A DNA stretch of 63,865 nt, filler included, from Craspedostauros australis (taxonomy: Eukaryota), in assembly GCA_030167865.1 (NCBI GenBank). It is 13 parts of 13 records of this genome, joined end to end, with 100 filler letters (N's around TTAATTAATTAA, not from the genome) between each part and the next. Parts side by side here need not be neighbours in the genome. Positions count along the whole stretch, not along the records: positions 6,835 to 14,976 come from JALAGF010004201.1; positions 15,077 to 19,708 come from JALAGF010004203.1; positions 19,809 to 26,136 come from JALAGF010004204.1; 10 more parts are not named here. One strand, 5' to 3'. Each line of letters begins with the position of its first letter. Position 1 is the first letter of the stretch. This document shows, piece after piece, positions 12,315 to 24,600 of the stretch. Under the pieces are notes generated by a model. It saw nothing but the letters and a program-made list of their open reading frames with translations, did no database searches and had not been told where the DNA came from. The position numbers and the translations under genes are program-made.

Positions 12315-13660
12315 TGCTCTCAAGAAAATTGATGGAAGTTTGGATTTATGTTTGTAGTTTAGTCTATGGTTGGGATACCACGGTGCTATCGCGTACACCG
12401 TGTTGACCCTCGTGGTAACCTCCAATTGGCCTGTTTCAACTTGGTTTGGTTGACCACGATCCGTCGTGTTGTCCAATGATGACCGCCCATGGCTGGCGGT
12501 TGCTTCGTCTACTTTTGGTGTTGTAGCGACCTTTTGTCGGGTGTACCAATCGGGTGATGCCGATTGAGTTTGCTGTTTCTTCGGTGTACGATGCACGGAG
12601 TGTTTCGGCTCCGTGCGGGTCGTATTCCGGTATCCATGGTCCAAGTTGAAGTTCATCTAAAGAACGGACTACTTTTCACTCAGTGTGTTCCTTGTCGCAC
12701 CTTGAAATTATTTTGGCGCGAAATTTTGGCGCGAAACCTCCCACCAACAAATACGGAACAATCACTCTTTTCCCTCCTTCTCCCACTCTCACTCATGAAT
12801 CACCACTGACTCAAACACTATCCGAAGTCAATGGGATCAAGACACCTTGGGAACTATGTGCTCTCCTGAACTATTGTAATGCAGCCAACCTGAATTCCGT
12901 TGTCAGCTAAACAACCTGACAACCTTGCATGACAACAGCCAAGAGATCCTCCCTGCTTCAATACATGCAGGGAATCCTACATCAATTCCCTTGGCCTGAC
13001 AACCTGTGTTCTTGATCTCAACCTCAATCAAGGTGTCAAGGCTTTGTACTCGAACGTAGAACAACTACGATGAGATACTGGAGGAAGAGAGAAAGAGAGG
13101 ACCCATTTGCCCTCAGCACTGAACCTCTGAAGGTCAGTGCATAGCCGCACTACTCAACTGACTATCGTTTCTTCATCCTACATCTCAAACTGATCAACTC
13201 ACAATGCAGACTATTCAAATAACAAATAGCACAACTCAAGATCAGCGCAACAACACTAATCTACTTCATTGTCATTCACTACTAATCCCCAGACAGTCGC
13301 CCCAAGTTGACTTCACCATCAGTTTCCTCGAATCTGGCAGTCAACTAGGCCATCCCTTCCGGATCGTGTCACAACAGTACACAAAAATCCAACTGTCCAT
13401 TTGTTTCTTTTGTTTTGAGTTTCTGTTGGTCGTGTGTCTCCAAACCGTGTGGAGAATTGCTCCCTTTTCGGAGAAACACGCCAGGCAACTCTCGTTGTAT
13501 TAAGACAGGCAGTGTGAGAATAACACACACCAGAATGTCTTTCTTCTTGTTGTAACAGGAGTTCGCCACGCATGATAGTCCGTGGCTCTTTCCGTTTATT
13601 GATGGTAGGCACATGTTGGTGTCGTAATCCAGTCCCTCTAGAGAGGGATCTGGCCTTACA
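12315..13660. mobile_element. 1.35-kb polymorphic non-coding insertion (solo LTR or non-autonomous TE)
   Basis: Absent from the other haplotype (empty site near 5470). It has TG...CA ends flanked by ACGTA/ACGTC, or, shifted by 1 nt, a perfect AACGT duplication at 12309-12313 and 13660-13664. No recognisable ORF. Confidence 0.7.
12711..12736. promoter_or_regulatory. Two tandem E2F-like sites (TTTTGGCGCGAAA x2)
   Basis: Exact 13-nt tandem repeat. Each unit contains the TTTSSCGC E2F consensus on both strands. Function is inferred. Confidence 0.45.
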
Positions 13661-15284
13661 ACGTCACGCTCTCTCTCTCTCTCTGGGTCATTGTTGGGAG
13701 ACCAGCGAAGGAACAGGCAAACACGGACACAGACACCCCGTGGCAAACAGCAGCCACAGAGAACAAGAACACAAAACAAACAACAGGCAACAAGAAAACG
13801 GAGCAACAAACAACAGACAGAGTTCAAAAACAAGAATCGAATTATCGAACACAAACAACACATTCGGTACTTCATCACATTCGCATCCTCCATGACGGGC
13901 TATCGCTGTGTGAAAATCACAGTCCTCGTTTGGCGCGTTTCCTGGTGGTTTCGTCCAACAATCCATCGAGTCCTGTATTTACGTGATTCATGTGCTTGTT
14001 GTGACAACGTCACCAAGACTTTCTCCGCATCTCCACTCCATTGTGTCTGTATGTAATACACACACATGCAAGGAAATCACAGACAGAAGCAAATAACGAA
14101 CAAACAAACAAACAAACAAAACACAGACAGACATGGTGTCAACAACACACTAGCGCAAACGAGACAAGTCGGAAGCTGACATCCATCTGACTGCCTTCCC
14201 TGATTCCCCTTGTTTCCTCTCGTCGTCCCACTGTGCGATCACTCTCGCTTCGTCTCTCCCTCCCTGCCTGCCAACAGTGTGAAGTATGATCAGCTCGTGT
14301 GCCTTTGCAACTTCGCGAGTACGAGCCATGCGTGTGATGTTCTGCGATTATTATGAGGATGATGCGAAGTCAAGTGCTCTCTCCAGAGAGAGAGGGAGAG
14401 AGAGAGCAGAGCAGATTATGAGAGCACGGTATGTAGATTGCTCTACTCTGTTATAGCTCGTACAACACTGCAGGAGGATACGGAGAGGAGAGTCGGGTGA
14501 AGTACTCGCGGCCTGCAGTTCCAACGTTTGGTGCGACATACTTTCTGCAGCGGCACGGTGGCAACATCAACAGAACATAGTCGTAGACGCTCTGTGGCAC
14601 CATACGAGTATGGCATGCCACTCTTTGGAGCTCGGTAGCTCATACCCGCAGAGATCACAAACTTCCCTTGTCGATTCGATGCCAGCGCTGTTATCCTTAG
14701 CGTTGATTGCGTTGATCATGCATGGACGTTAGATCGACGAGAGGATCCTTGGCGGTTGATCTCAACAGTTCCCAGCGCGTCTCCCCCAACACGGAAGACG
14801 AGGGATCTTGCGCAACCTATCAACACAAAACCGGTGATGTCTTGGCCGAAGGCCGTATGCAGCGAGCACGAACGTCACGCAAGAATAACAAGCACAACAC
14901 CAAAGAACAACGCCCAAGAACAGCAACACCAAATCCGCGAGAGATGCTCGCAGAGCGAATGTCACGAACCAAGAAANNNNNNNNNNNNNNNNNNNNNNNN
15001 NNNNNNNNNNNNNNNNNNNNTTAATTAATTAANNNNNNNNNNNNNNNNNNNNNNNNNNNNNNNNNNNNNNNNNNNNACCTCTCTGAGTTACTAATAGTTT
15101 ACAGAGCCAGGCAGTATCCTCTTCCAAATCAGTCGAATCTACTGCTGGAAAACAACACGCTTCCTCTGCGCAAATACAGCGCAATTACTCGCAAAATCAA
15201 CAAGTGCTCCAAAAAGCGAACCAATCGACAACCCATCGAACAACATCGCAGTGACAAGCCATCACACGGAGTCCAACATCGACC

Positions 15285-16879
15285 ATGACCACCCAAGTCC
15301 GACGCCCAGGAGGCCGCACAACAGCTGAGGCCCGCAACGCTGCCAGCGTAGCAACAGCAGGCAAATCAGATCGATCCAAGCGCAACAAGATGAACAAAGC
15401 CAACAAACATGACGGTCAAGATGCCATCGATGAGGACCTCGACAACAATGAGGGCAACGCAGATGGATTCAGTTCAGACACCGCCAATCAAACAGGCAAC
15501 ACTCCACCTCCAGCAGCAGAACATGTTAACAATTCTGCCCGCAATGATGGAAATGGAGATGGAGGAGGAGATGATGGAAATGACGATGATGGCAACGAGG
15601 ACGATGATGACAATGAAGACGATGATAAAAATAATGACGACTTTGACAATGAACCACCTGCCCAAAGACGTCGCATCAACTCATTCGCACTCTCCCCAGC
15701 AAGGCTGCACAACATGCCACTTAACTGGGAACGCAAGAGAGATGTCAGCATCTACAATAAGGCCATTGAACCACTCCAACACGAATTCGGAGTTGAATCG
15801 CAATCCATCCACGTATTCCTCAACGAACTGCGCAATCGAGCAACCCTTTCGAACTGGTGGCCAACACTCACAATCAACATCAAAGGCAGGGCATACAACC
15901 TCATCGATGAGCATGGAACCATCTCATACGAGGCACTCAAGGCCCATTGCCAGACAATGATCAAATCGTCGACCAGAAACGCTCAGAACTCGCAAATGAT
16001 CTTTGCATGCCTATCCAATTCACTCACGGAGAGCGGCAAATCACGCATGGGCTTGGAGGTGAAGAAGTACACTGTTCAAAAGGAACAATGTGGACTACTT
16101 TTCTTCAAAGTGCTCATGATGCTCTCACAGGTCAACACTAATGCAACAGTGTCCGTCATCCGCACCAGGCTGGCATCGCTGGACGACAAAATCATCGAGC
16201 TCGAAAGCAACATCACCAAGTTCAATGAATACGTCAAGCAACAATGCAACGACCTCGCCTCCCGAGGAGCCAGAACACTCGATCTCCTCGTGAATCTCTT
16301 CAAAGCATACCGTACCATGGAAGATCCAAGATTCGTATCATACATCTGTACAAAGGAGGATCTCCACAATGAAGGCAAAGACATGACAGCAGATCAACTC
16401 ATGTCACTTGCTGAGACCAAATACAAAACAATGGTCGAGAACGGGACATGGAAGGAACCATCCAAGGCTGAGTGCAAGATCGTGGCACTAACAGCACAGA
16501 TCGATCAGCTCAAGAGGAAGGCTAGCGAGATCAACAAGAGGCAAAGGGAAAGCAAGGCAACGGCAACAATGACAATGCCAAGGGCAAGGACAAGAAGAAT
16601 GGAAAGAAGGGAAAGGGAAAAGCAGATACTCCCTGGTACCTGACTCCTCCCAAAGCCGGAGAACCTCACACAAAATCAGACAAGAGTGGCAAGGAAATCC
16701 ATTGGTGTCCAAATCATGGCATGAAAGGCAAGTGGGTAAGACACAACCCCAAGGAATGCCGCTTGTCAAAGGACAACAACAACAAGGAAACCGTGAAGCC
16801 ACTCAGCAAGGCGAAGGAGGACAAACTCAAGGTGGCCATGTACCACATCATGCAAGACTCAGATGGAGAAGACTTCTGA
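15285..16879 (+). pseudogene. gag: gag (copy 1), with a 1-nt frameshift before the zinc knuckle
   Basis: The 452-aa ORF 15285-16643 continues in the -1 frame as ...ADTPWYLTPPKAGEPHTK...IHWCPNHGMKGKWVRHNPKEC...DGEDF, ending in TGA at 16877-16879. Confidence 0.75.
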
Positions 16880-19708
16880 ATGACAGGTTGGATGGCAAAG
16901 ATGATTCTTGCTATCTGTAGACCAATCATTCACACTCTATATCACATCATCACGTGGCTGTTGAAAACCACTGTTCAGCTCGTCATGACTGTGTCCGAAT
17001 CGATTGTGTGGGCGATTGAAGCACTAACTGCCTCGGAATCCCGGGAAATCATCCGTTGCCAATGTTTCAAGCGTCGCCGGCTCAAACCAAGCCGCAACAA
17101 ATGCAATCGAATCTATGCATACAGCACCAAGCATCGCCGAGCCAAAATAGTGACAAAAAGATCGACGGGTCATCTCACTCAGCTCTGGGCAATGCCTCTC
17201 CAAGCTCAATCCAAGCTTGAAAAGGATGACACAACGACTCCGAGGTTCGATTCAGATTCATTTGATATCGCAGTCGACAATTGCGCGTCCACATCCTTCA
17301 CCAACACCCTTAGTGATTTCATCGGAAAACCCAATCGAGTCAATCATCAGGTCAGAGGTGTAGGACAGGCCCAAATCAAGTATACGGGCAGGGTAAAGTG
17401 GTCGATACAAGATGACTTTGGAGTCAAGCACAATATCATGCTGGACAACGTAGCCTATCAGCCAGACTTATCATTCAGACTCCTATGTCCACAACACTGG
17501 GCACAATCCAAAGGAGACCCAAACGGAACCGGATGCCTCACCCTTGATGACAAAATGGAACTGTTTTGGGAACAACAACGACACAAGAAGACCATACTGA
17601 GCAAGTCAAACATCGGCATGCTCCAGTCGGCACCGGGAATCAAACATTTCGTCTCTTACTGCATGGCAAATAACATGCTCTTGTCAGGAATCGGGGGTAC
17701 GACTTTGCAAAGATACCGTATTCTGCCGCAGCTCCCATGAGGGCTGACTGGAACCGGAATGGTATCAAGTGCAAAGATACTCATGATTGCCGCAACCCCC
17801 AATAGCATCTTCCAGACAAACCGCAACCTAGCAATCGATCCGTTGCACTCGGACAGCCCAATGGCCTTACCTGTCTTATGCGACATCCAAGCACCCTCAT
17901 CCAGTGGCCTACTCGGCCATGTCCCGATAACGGTCGGGAACGGAGAGATCTATGACAATGGCAACACACCAGCCCTGAGTGAATCGAATGAGCGCGACAA
18001 CCAATATATCTGAACAAGTCGACGCGCCCCTGAGAACCTAATGTGAGAAAGCGAAACAGAGGCGATCCCTATTCACCCAAGACCACGATCCAGATGACAA
18101 TAAGTTCCAAGCATCCNAAGGCAACCATCNAGATGACCNGAGGGAGGAACTGAAATGAAGTGGGACCAGTGAGGTGACAGGAGACCGAAGGAGAGGTACC
18201 TACAGGTCTACGAGTATGAACTTGACGAATATAGGTGCTCTCCAATCCTCAGCTAAGCAAGCGATGAACCACGATGAAAGCAAGATGAAGATGCAGACGA
18301 AAGGAGCCAAGCTGAAGGGTGTAACCTCTGGTGGCTACTGCAGATCATGCTTGTTGTGAATTGGAATCGAAAGGAGATGAGCATGTTGTGCTCACAGTTC
18401 TAAAACGGTACAGACTGATAACTGATTAGTCTACTACTATAACCCCGGATTTCCAACATGCTCTCAGAGGTTATAGCAGAACCCAATTTCGAGTCCATCA
18501 TGGTCAGCGACGATGAATCGCTAGGTGAAACCACAAACCAAGGTGACATGATGGACTTCGAGGGAGACAGTGCATCGAAAGAACAAGTCTCCCACCATTC
18601 ATCAACTCTTCTGGCAACTCAACTCAAAACCAGTGTAGAGAGCCAACCAAACGAGCCAAACAACACACAGGAGACAACCACTCCGATGCACATCGACTTT
18701 GGAGACTCACATCCAGGAAAATCCATCCACACGGACAACGAATACGCAGGCACTCACACGGTAGAAATGCTGAGAGTTCACTATCGACTTGGTCATGTAT
18801 CATTCAACAAAATGAAACACATGGCAGTCACAGGAGAACTTCCGGCAAAATTCAAACACTGCCAAGTACCCGTGTGTGCCAGTTGCTCATATGGAAAGGC
18901 CACCAAAAGACCCTGGCGAAAAAAATCCAAACAGCAGCGAGCGATCAAACCAGTCCTCATCAACAAACCAGGCGACTGTGTATCCGTTGATCAACTCGAG
19001 TCTCCCACTCCAGGCTTCATCGGACAACTGAAAGGCAAACTCACCAACCAACGATACAGAGCAGCGACTATATTCGTGGATCACTACAGCAGGCTCAGCT
19101 ACGTGCACCTACAAAGAAGCACGGACGCAGAAGAGACGCTGAACGCGAAGAAATCATTTGAGGCTTTCGCTCGCAGTTATCACGTGCACGTCAAACACTA
19201 CCACGCAGACAATGGGCGATTTGCAGAGAACTTGTGGAGGGATCACATCAACAGAACAGGCCAAACAATCACCTTTTGCGCTGCAGAGGCACACTTCCAA
19301 AATAGTGTTGCCGAACGACGCATCAGAGATCTTGTAGAGCCAGCTCGAACCATGATACTGCATGCTTCCATCAGGTGGAAAGCTGCAATGTCGATGGCGC
19401 TGTGGCCATATGCTCTTCGCATGGCCAACGAAGTCATCAACTCATCTCCAATGATCAGACATCAGGGACAATCACCCATCGAGAAATTTACTGGCTCACA
19501 GGTCAGGCCTCAGTTGAAGCAATTCCACACCTTCGGATGTCCAACCTTTGTCCTCAACTCAAGACTGGCATCAGGAGGGAGCCAACCCAAATGGCTACCA
19601 CGCTCAAAACTCGGCATATACCTTGGAACATCACCAGTTCACGCCAAGTCCGTTGCTCTCATCCTCAACCCCAGAACAGGATTGGTATCACCTCAGTTTC
19701 ACATCAAG
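16880..19708 (+). pseudogene. pol: pol (copy 1): protease and integrase, disrupted by insertion and truncated
   Basis: Protease motif FDIAVDNCAST; HYRLGH...CASC zinc finger; integrase motifs VSVDQLES, YHADNGRF and VAERRIR. Interrupted at 17682-18458. Confidence 0.88.
17682..18458. mobile_element. 777-bp solo-LTR-like element nested in copia pol, with 6-bp TSD
   Basis: Starts TGTCAGGAATCGGGGG and ends CCCCGGATTTCCAACA (12/16 inverted match). It is flanked by TGCTCT at 17676-17681 and 18459-18464 and is absent from the intact copy near 22411. Confidence 0.85.
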
Positions 19709-20016
19709 NNNNNNNNNNNNNNNNNNNNNNNNNNNNNNNNNNNNNNNNNNNNTTAATTAATTAANNNNNNNNNNNNNNNNNNNNNNNNNNNNNNNNNNNN
19801 NNNNNNNNACCTCTCTGAGTTACTAATAGTTTACAGAGCCAGGCAGTATCCTCTTCCAAATCAGTCGAATCTACTGCTGGAAAACAACACGCTTCCTCTG
19901 CGCAAATACAGCGCAATTACTCGCAAAATCAACAAGTGCTCCAAAAAGCGAACCAATCGACAACCCATCGAACAACATCGCAGTGACAAGCCATCACACG
20001 GAGTCCAACATCGACC

Positions 20017-21611
20017 ATGACCACCCAAGTCCGACGCCCAGGAGGCCGCACAACAGCTGAGGCCCGCAACGCTGCCAGCGTAGCAACAGCAGGCAAATCA
20101 GATCGATCCAAGCGCAACAAGATGAACAAAGCCAACAAACATGACGGTCAAGATGCCATCGATGAGGACCTCGACAACAATGAGGGCAACGCAGATGGAT
20201 TCAGTTCAGACACCGCCAATCAAACAGGCAACACTCCACCTCCAGCAGCAGAACATGTTAACAATTCTGCCCGCAATGATGGAAATGGAGATGGAGGAGG
20301 AGATGATGGAAATGACGATGATGGCAACGAGGACGATGATGACAATGAAGACGATGATAAAAATAATGACGACTTTGACAATGAACCACCTGCCCAAAGA
20401 CGTCGCATCAACTCATTCGCACTCTCCCCAGCAAGGCTGCACAACATGCCACTTAACTGGGAACGCAAGAGAGATGTCAGCATCTACAATAAGGCCATTG
20501 AACCACTCCAACACGAATTCGGAGTTGAATCGCAATCCATCCACGTATTCCTCAACGAACTGCGCAATCGAGCAACCCTTTCGAACTGGTGGCCAACACT
20601 CACAATCAACATCAAAGGCAGGGCATACAACCTCATCGATGAGCATGGAACCATCTCATACGAGGCACTCAAGGCCCATTGCCAGACAATGATCAAATCG
20701 TCGACCAGAAACGCTCAGAACTCGCAAATGATCTTTGCATGCCTATCCAATTCACTCACGGAGAGCGGCAAATCACGCATGGGCTTGGAGGTGAAGAAGT
20801 ACACTGTTCAAAAGGAACAATGTGGACTACTTTTCTTCAAAGTGCTCATGATGCTCTCACAGGTCAACACTAATGCAACAGTGTCCGTCATCCGCACCAG
20901 GCTGGCATCGCTGGACGACAAAATCATCGAGCTCGAAAGCAACATCACCAAGTTCAATGAATACGTCAAGCAACAATGCAACGACCTCGCCTCCCGAGGA
21001 GCCAGAACACTCGATCTCCTCGTGAATCTCTTCAAAGCATACCGTACCATGGAAGATCCAAGATTCGTATCATACATCTGTACAAAGGAGGATCTCCACA
21101 ATGAAGGCAAAGACATGACAGCAGATCAACTCATGTCACTTGCTGAGACCAAATACAAAACAATGGTCGAGAACGGGACATGGAAGGAACCATCCAAGGC
21201 TGAGTGCAAGATCGTGGCACTAACAGCACAGATCGATCAGCTCAAGAGGAAGGCTAGCGAGATCAACAAGAGGCAAAGGGAAAGCAAGGCAACGGCAACA
21301 ATGACAATGCCAAGGGCAAGGACAAGAAGAATGGAAAGAAGGGAAAGGGAAAAGCAGATACTCCCTGGTACCTGACTCCTCCCAAAGCCGGAGAACCTCA
21401 CACAAAATCAGACAAGAGTGGCAAGGAAATCCATTGGTGTCCAAATCATGGCATGAAAGGCAAGTGGGTAAGACACAACCCCAAGGAATGCCGCTTGTCA
21501 AAGGACAACAACAACAAGGAAACCGTGAAGCCACTCAGCAAGGCGAAGGAGGACAAACTCAAGGTGGCCATGTACCACATCATGCAAGACTCAGATGGAG
21601 AAGACTTCTGA
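20017..21611 (+). CDS. gag: Gag, needing one -1 frameshift between about 21258 and 21372 to reach the C-terminal CHHC-type zinc knuckle
   Basis: Acidic, Asn-rich N-terminus and a capsid-like core (NITKFNEYVK...LLVNLFKAY). The -1 frame supplies WCPNH-x5-WVRH-x4-C and stops at TGA 21609-21611. Confidence 0.78.
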
Positions 21612-24600
21612 ATGACAGGTTGGATGGCAAAGATGATTCTTGCTATCTGTAGACCAATCATTCACACTCTATATCACATCATCACGTGGCTGTTGAAAAC
21701 CACTGTTCAGCTCGTCATGACTGTGTCCGAATCGATTGTGTGGGCGATTGAAGCACTAACTGCCTCGGAATCCCGGGAAATCATCCGTTGCCAATGTTTC
21801 AAGCGTCGCCGGCTCAAACCAAGCCGCAACAAATGCAATCGAATCTATGCATACAGCACCAAGCATCGCCGAGCCAAAATAGTGACAAAAAGATCGACGG
21901 GTCATCTCACTCAGCTCTGGGCAATGCCTCTCCAAGCTCAATCCAAGCTTGAAAAGGATGACACAACGACTCCGAGGTTCGATTCAGATTCATTTGATAT
22001 CGCAGTCGACAATTGCGCGTCCACATCCTTCACCAACACCCTTAGTGATTTCATCGGAAAACCCAATCGAGTCAATCATCAGGTCAGAGGTGTAGGACAG
22101 GCCCAAATCAAGTATACGGGCAGGGTAAAATGGTCGATACAAGATGACTTTGGAGTCAAGCACGATATCATGCTGGACAACGTAGCCTATCAGCCAGACT
22201 TACCATTCAGACTCCTATGTCCACAACACTGGGCACAATCCAAAGGAGACCCAAACGGAACCGGATGCCTCACCCTTGGTGACAAAATGGAACTGTTTTG
22301 GGAACAACGACGACACAAGAAGACCATACCACTGAGCAAGTCAAACATCGGCATGCTCCAGTCGGCACCGGGAATCAAATGTTTCGTCACTTACTGCATG
22401 GCAAATAACATGCTCCCAGAGGTTACAGCAGAACCCAATTTCGAGTCCAACATGGTCAGCGACGATGAATCGCTAGGTGAAACCACAAACCAAGGTGACA
22501 TCATGGACTTCGAGGGAGACAGTGCATCGAAAGAACAAGTCTCCCACCATTCATCAACTCTTCCGGCAACTCAACTCAAAACCAGTGTAGAGAGCCAACC
22601 AAATGAGCCAAACAACACACAGGAGAAAACCACTCCTATGCACATCGACTTTGGAGACTCACATCCAGGAAAATCCATCCACACGGACAACGAATATGCA
22701 GGCACTCATACGGCAGAAATGCTGAGAGTTCACTATCGACTTGGTCATGTATCATTCAACAAAATGAAACACATGGCAGTCACAGGAGAACTACCAGCAA
22801 AATTCAAACACTGCCAAATACCAGTGTGCGCTAGTTGCTCATATGGAAAAGCCACCAAAAGGCCCTGGCGAACAAAATCCAAACAGCAGCGAGCAATCAA
22901 ACCAGTCCTTATCAACAAACCAGGCGACTGCGTATCCGTTGATCAACTCGAGTCTCCCACTCCAGGCTTCATCGGACAACTGAAAGGCAAACTTACCAAT
23001 CAGAGATACAGAGCGGCGACCATATTCGTGGATCACTACAGCAGACTCAGCTACGTGCACCTACAAAGAAGCACGAACGCAGAAGAGACACTGAACGCAA
23101 AGAAATCATTTGAGGCTTTCGCTCGCAGTTACCACGTGCACGTCAAACACTACCACGCAGACAATGGGCGATTTGCAGAGAACTTGTGGAGGGATCACAT
23201 CGACAGAACAGGTCAAACAATCACCTTTTGCGCCGCAGAGGCACACTTCCAAAATGGTGTTGCCGAACGACGCATCAGGGACCTCGTCGAGCCAGCTCGA
23301 ACCATGATACTGCATGCTTCCATCAGGTGGAAAGCTGCAATGTCGATGGCACTGTGGCCATATGCTCTTCGCATGGCCAACGAAGTCATCAACTCATCTC
23401 CAATGATCAGACATCAGGGACAAACACCCATCGAGAAATTTACTGGCTCACAGGTCAGGCCTCAGTTGAAGCAATTCCACACCTTCGGATGTCCAACCTT
23501 CGTCCTCACCTCAAGGCTGGCATCAGGAGGGAGCCAACCCAAATGGCTGCCGCGCTCAAGACTCGGCATATACCTCGGAACATCACCAGTTCACGCCAAG
23601 TCCGTTGCTCTCATCCTCAACCCCAGAACAGGATTGGTATCACCTCAGTTTCACATCAAGTGCGATGACATGTTTCAAACTGTGACTCCAAACTTGGACA
23701 ATAACCACAGCAAATGGAAACAACTTGCCAAGCTAAGCCCACAACTTGGACACAGCAAAAGTAAGTCAAAACGCATTATGATGCCCGAGGGAGCTTCCGA
23801 CCTTCACATTGACAAACCAACAATGACAGAACCAGCGTCAGACATCATCGAGACTCCGCAAACACAGGATTTCGAACCAGATGACGCGATTGGTCAGGAG
23901 TCACAACAAGCCACACCGACAACTGATGCAACCCAGATCAGCATAGGTGAACAACCATCGGAAATCAACGACAATCATCCAGCTAAAAGACTACATCCAA
24001 CGAATACAACAACGGAACTCCGACGATCGAAACGGATAAGAACACCATCACGCAAAATGCTGGAGAACATCGAGACAGAAATGATTGCCGTTCCAGCAGC
24101 ATACGAAGTGGCCAACTATCATTACGATCACACCAGCTTCGACATCACAGCCCATGACGACCCGCTCGCATTCGCAGCCAGCGCAGACCCAGATACAATG
24201 TACTATCACCAAGCAATGGCGCAACCAGATCGAGACAAGTTCAAGGAGGCCATGCAGAAGGAGATCGATGCACATCATGACAACGGCCATTGGAAGTTGA
24301 TTCCACGCAACCAGGTGCCAGAAGGACACAAGGTGCTGTCATCGGTATGGTCTATGAAACGAAAAAGGAGACTCAAGACAAGAGAAGTATACCGATGGAA
24401 GGCACGACTCAACGTCCATGGCGGCCAGCAAGAAAAAGGAATCAATTACTGGGAAACCTACTCACCAGTGGTTACCTGGATATCCATTCGGCTGGTGCTC
24501 ATACTCAGCATCATGCTCAACTGGTACACCAAACAGGTGGACTTTGTCCTAGCATATCCTCAAGCAGACGTCGAAACCACCCTTTACATGGAAATACCAG

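Larger units (their letters stand above)
6835..14976 (+). repeat. Alternative haplotype/assembly path of contig 1-6734
   Basis: Matches 1-6734 at offset +6834 up to about 12150. It then shows SNPs, a longer (TGGAG)n tract, a 1.35-kb insertion and a small indel, and matches again to the same terminal base. Confidence 0.95.
15077..19708 (+). mobile_element. Ty1/copia (CoDi-I-like) retrotransposon, partial copy interrupted by a nested insertion
   Basis: Matches 19809 onward through gag and the start of pol, then diverges by SNPs and a 3-bp deletion. Pol is split into 16880-17681 (protease) and 18459-19708 (integrase) by the insertion and is truncated at the contig end. Confidence 0.92.

Noticed and set aside
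13081..13200. Possible hammerhead ribozyme/retrozyme in the non-coding insertions (hairpin at 13116-13140)
   Set aside because: I found no CUGAnGA...GAAA core with the required stems on either strand, here or in 17682-18458.
1..14976. 6.8-kb tandem duplication of the oxygenase/GT47 locus
   Set aside because: The copies are separated by a linker and have identical ends, which is better explained as alternative haplotype paths.
17760..17772. TGGTATCAAG as the PBS of a TRIM inside the 777-bp insertion
   Set aside because: It is not preceded by an LTR-ending CA, and no pair of terminal direct repeats is visible.
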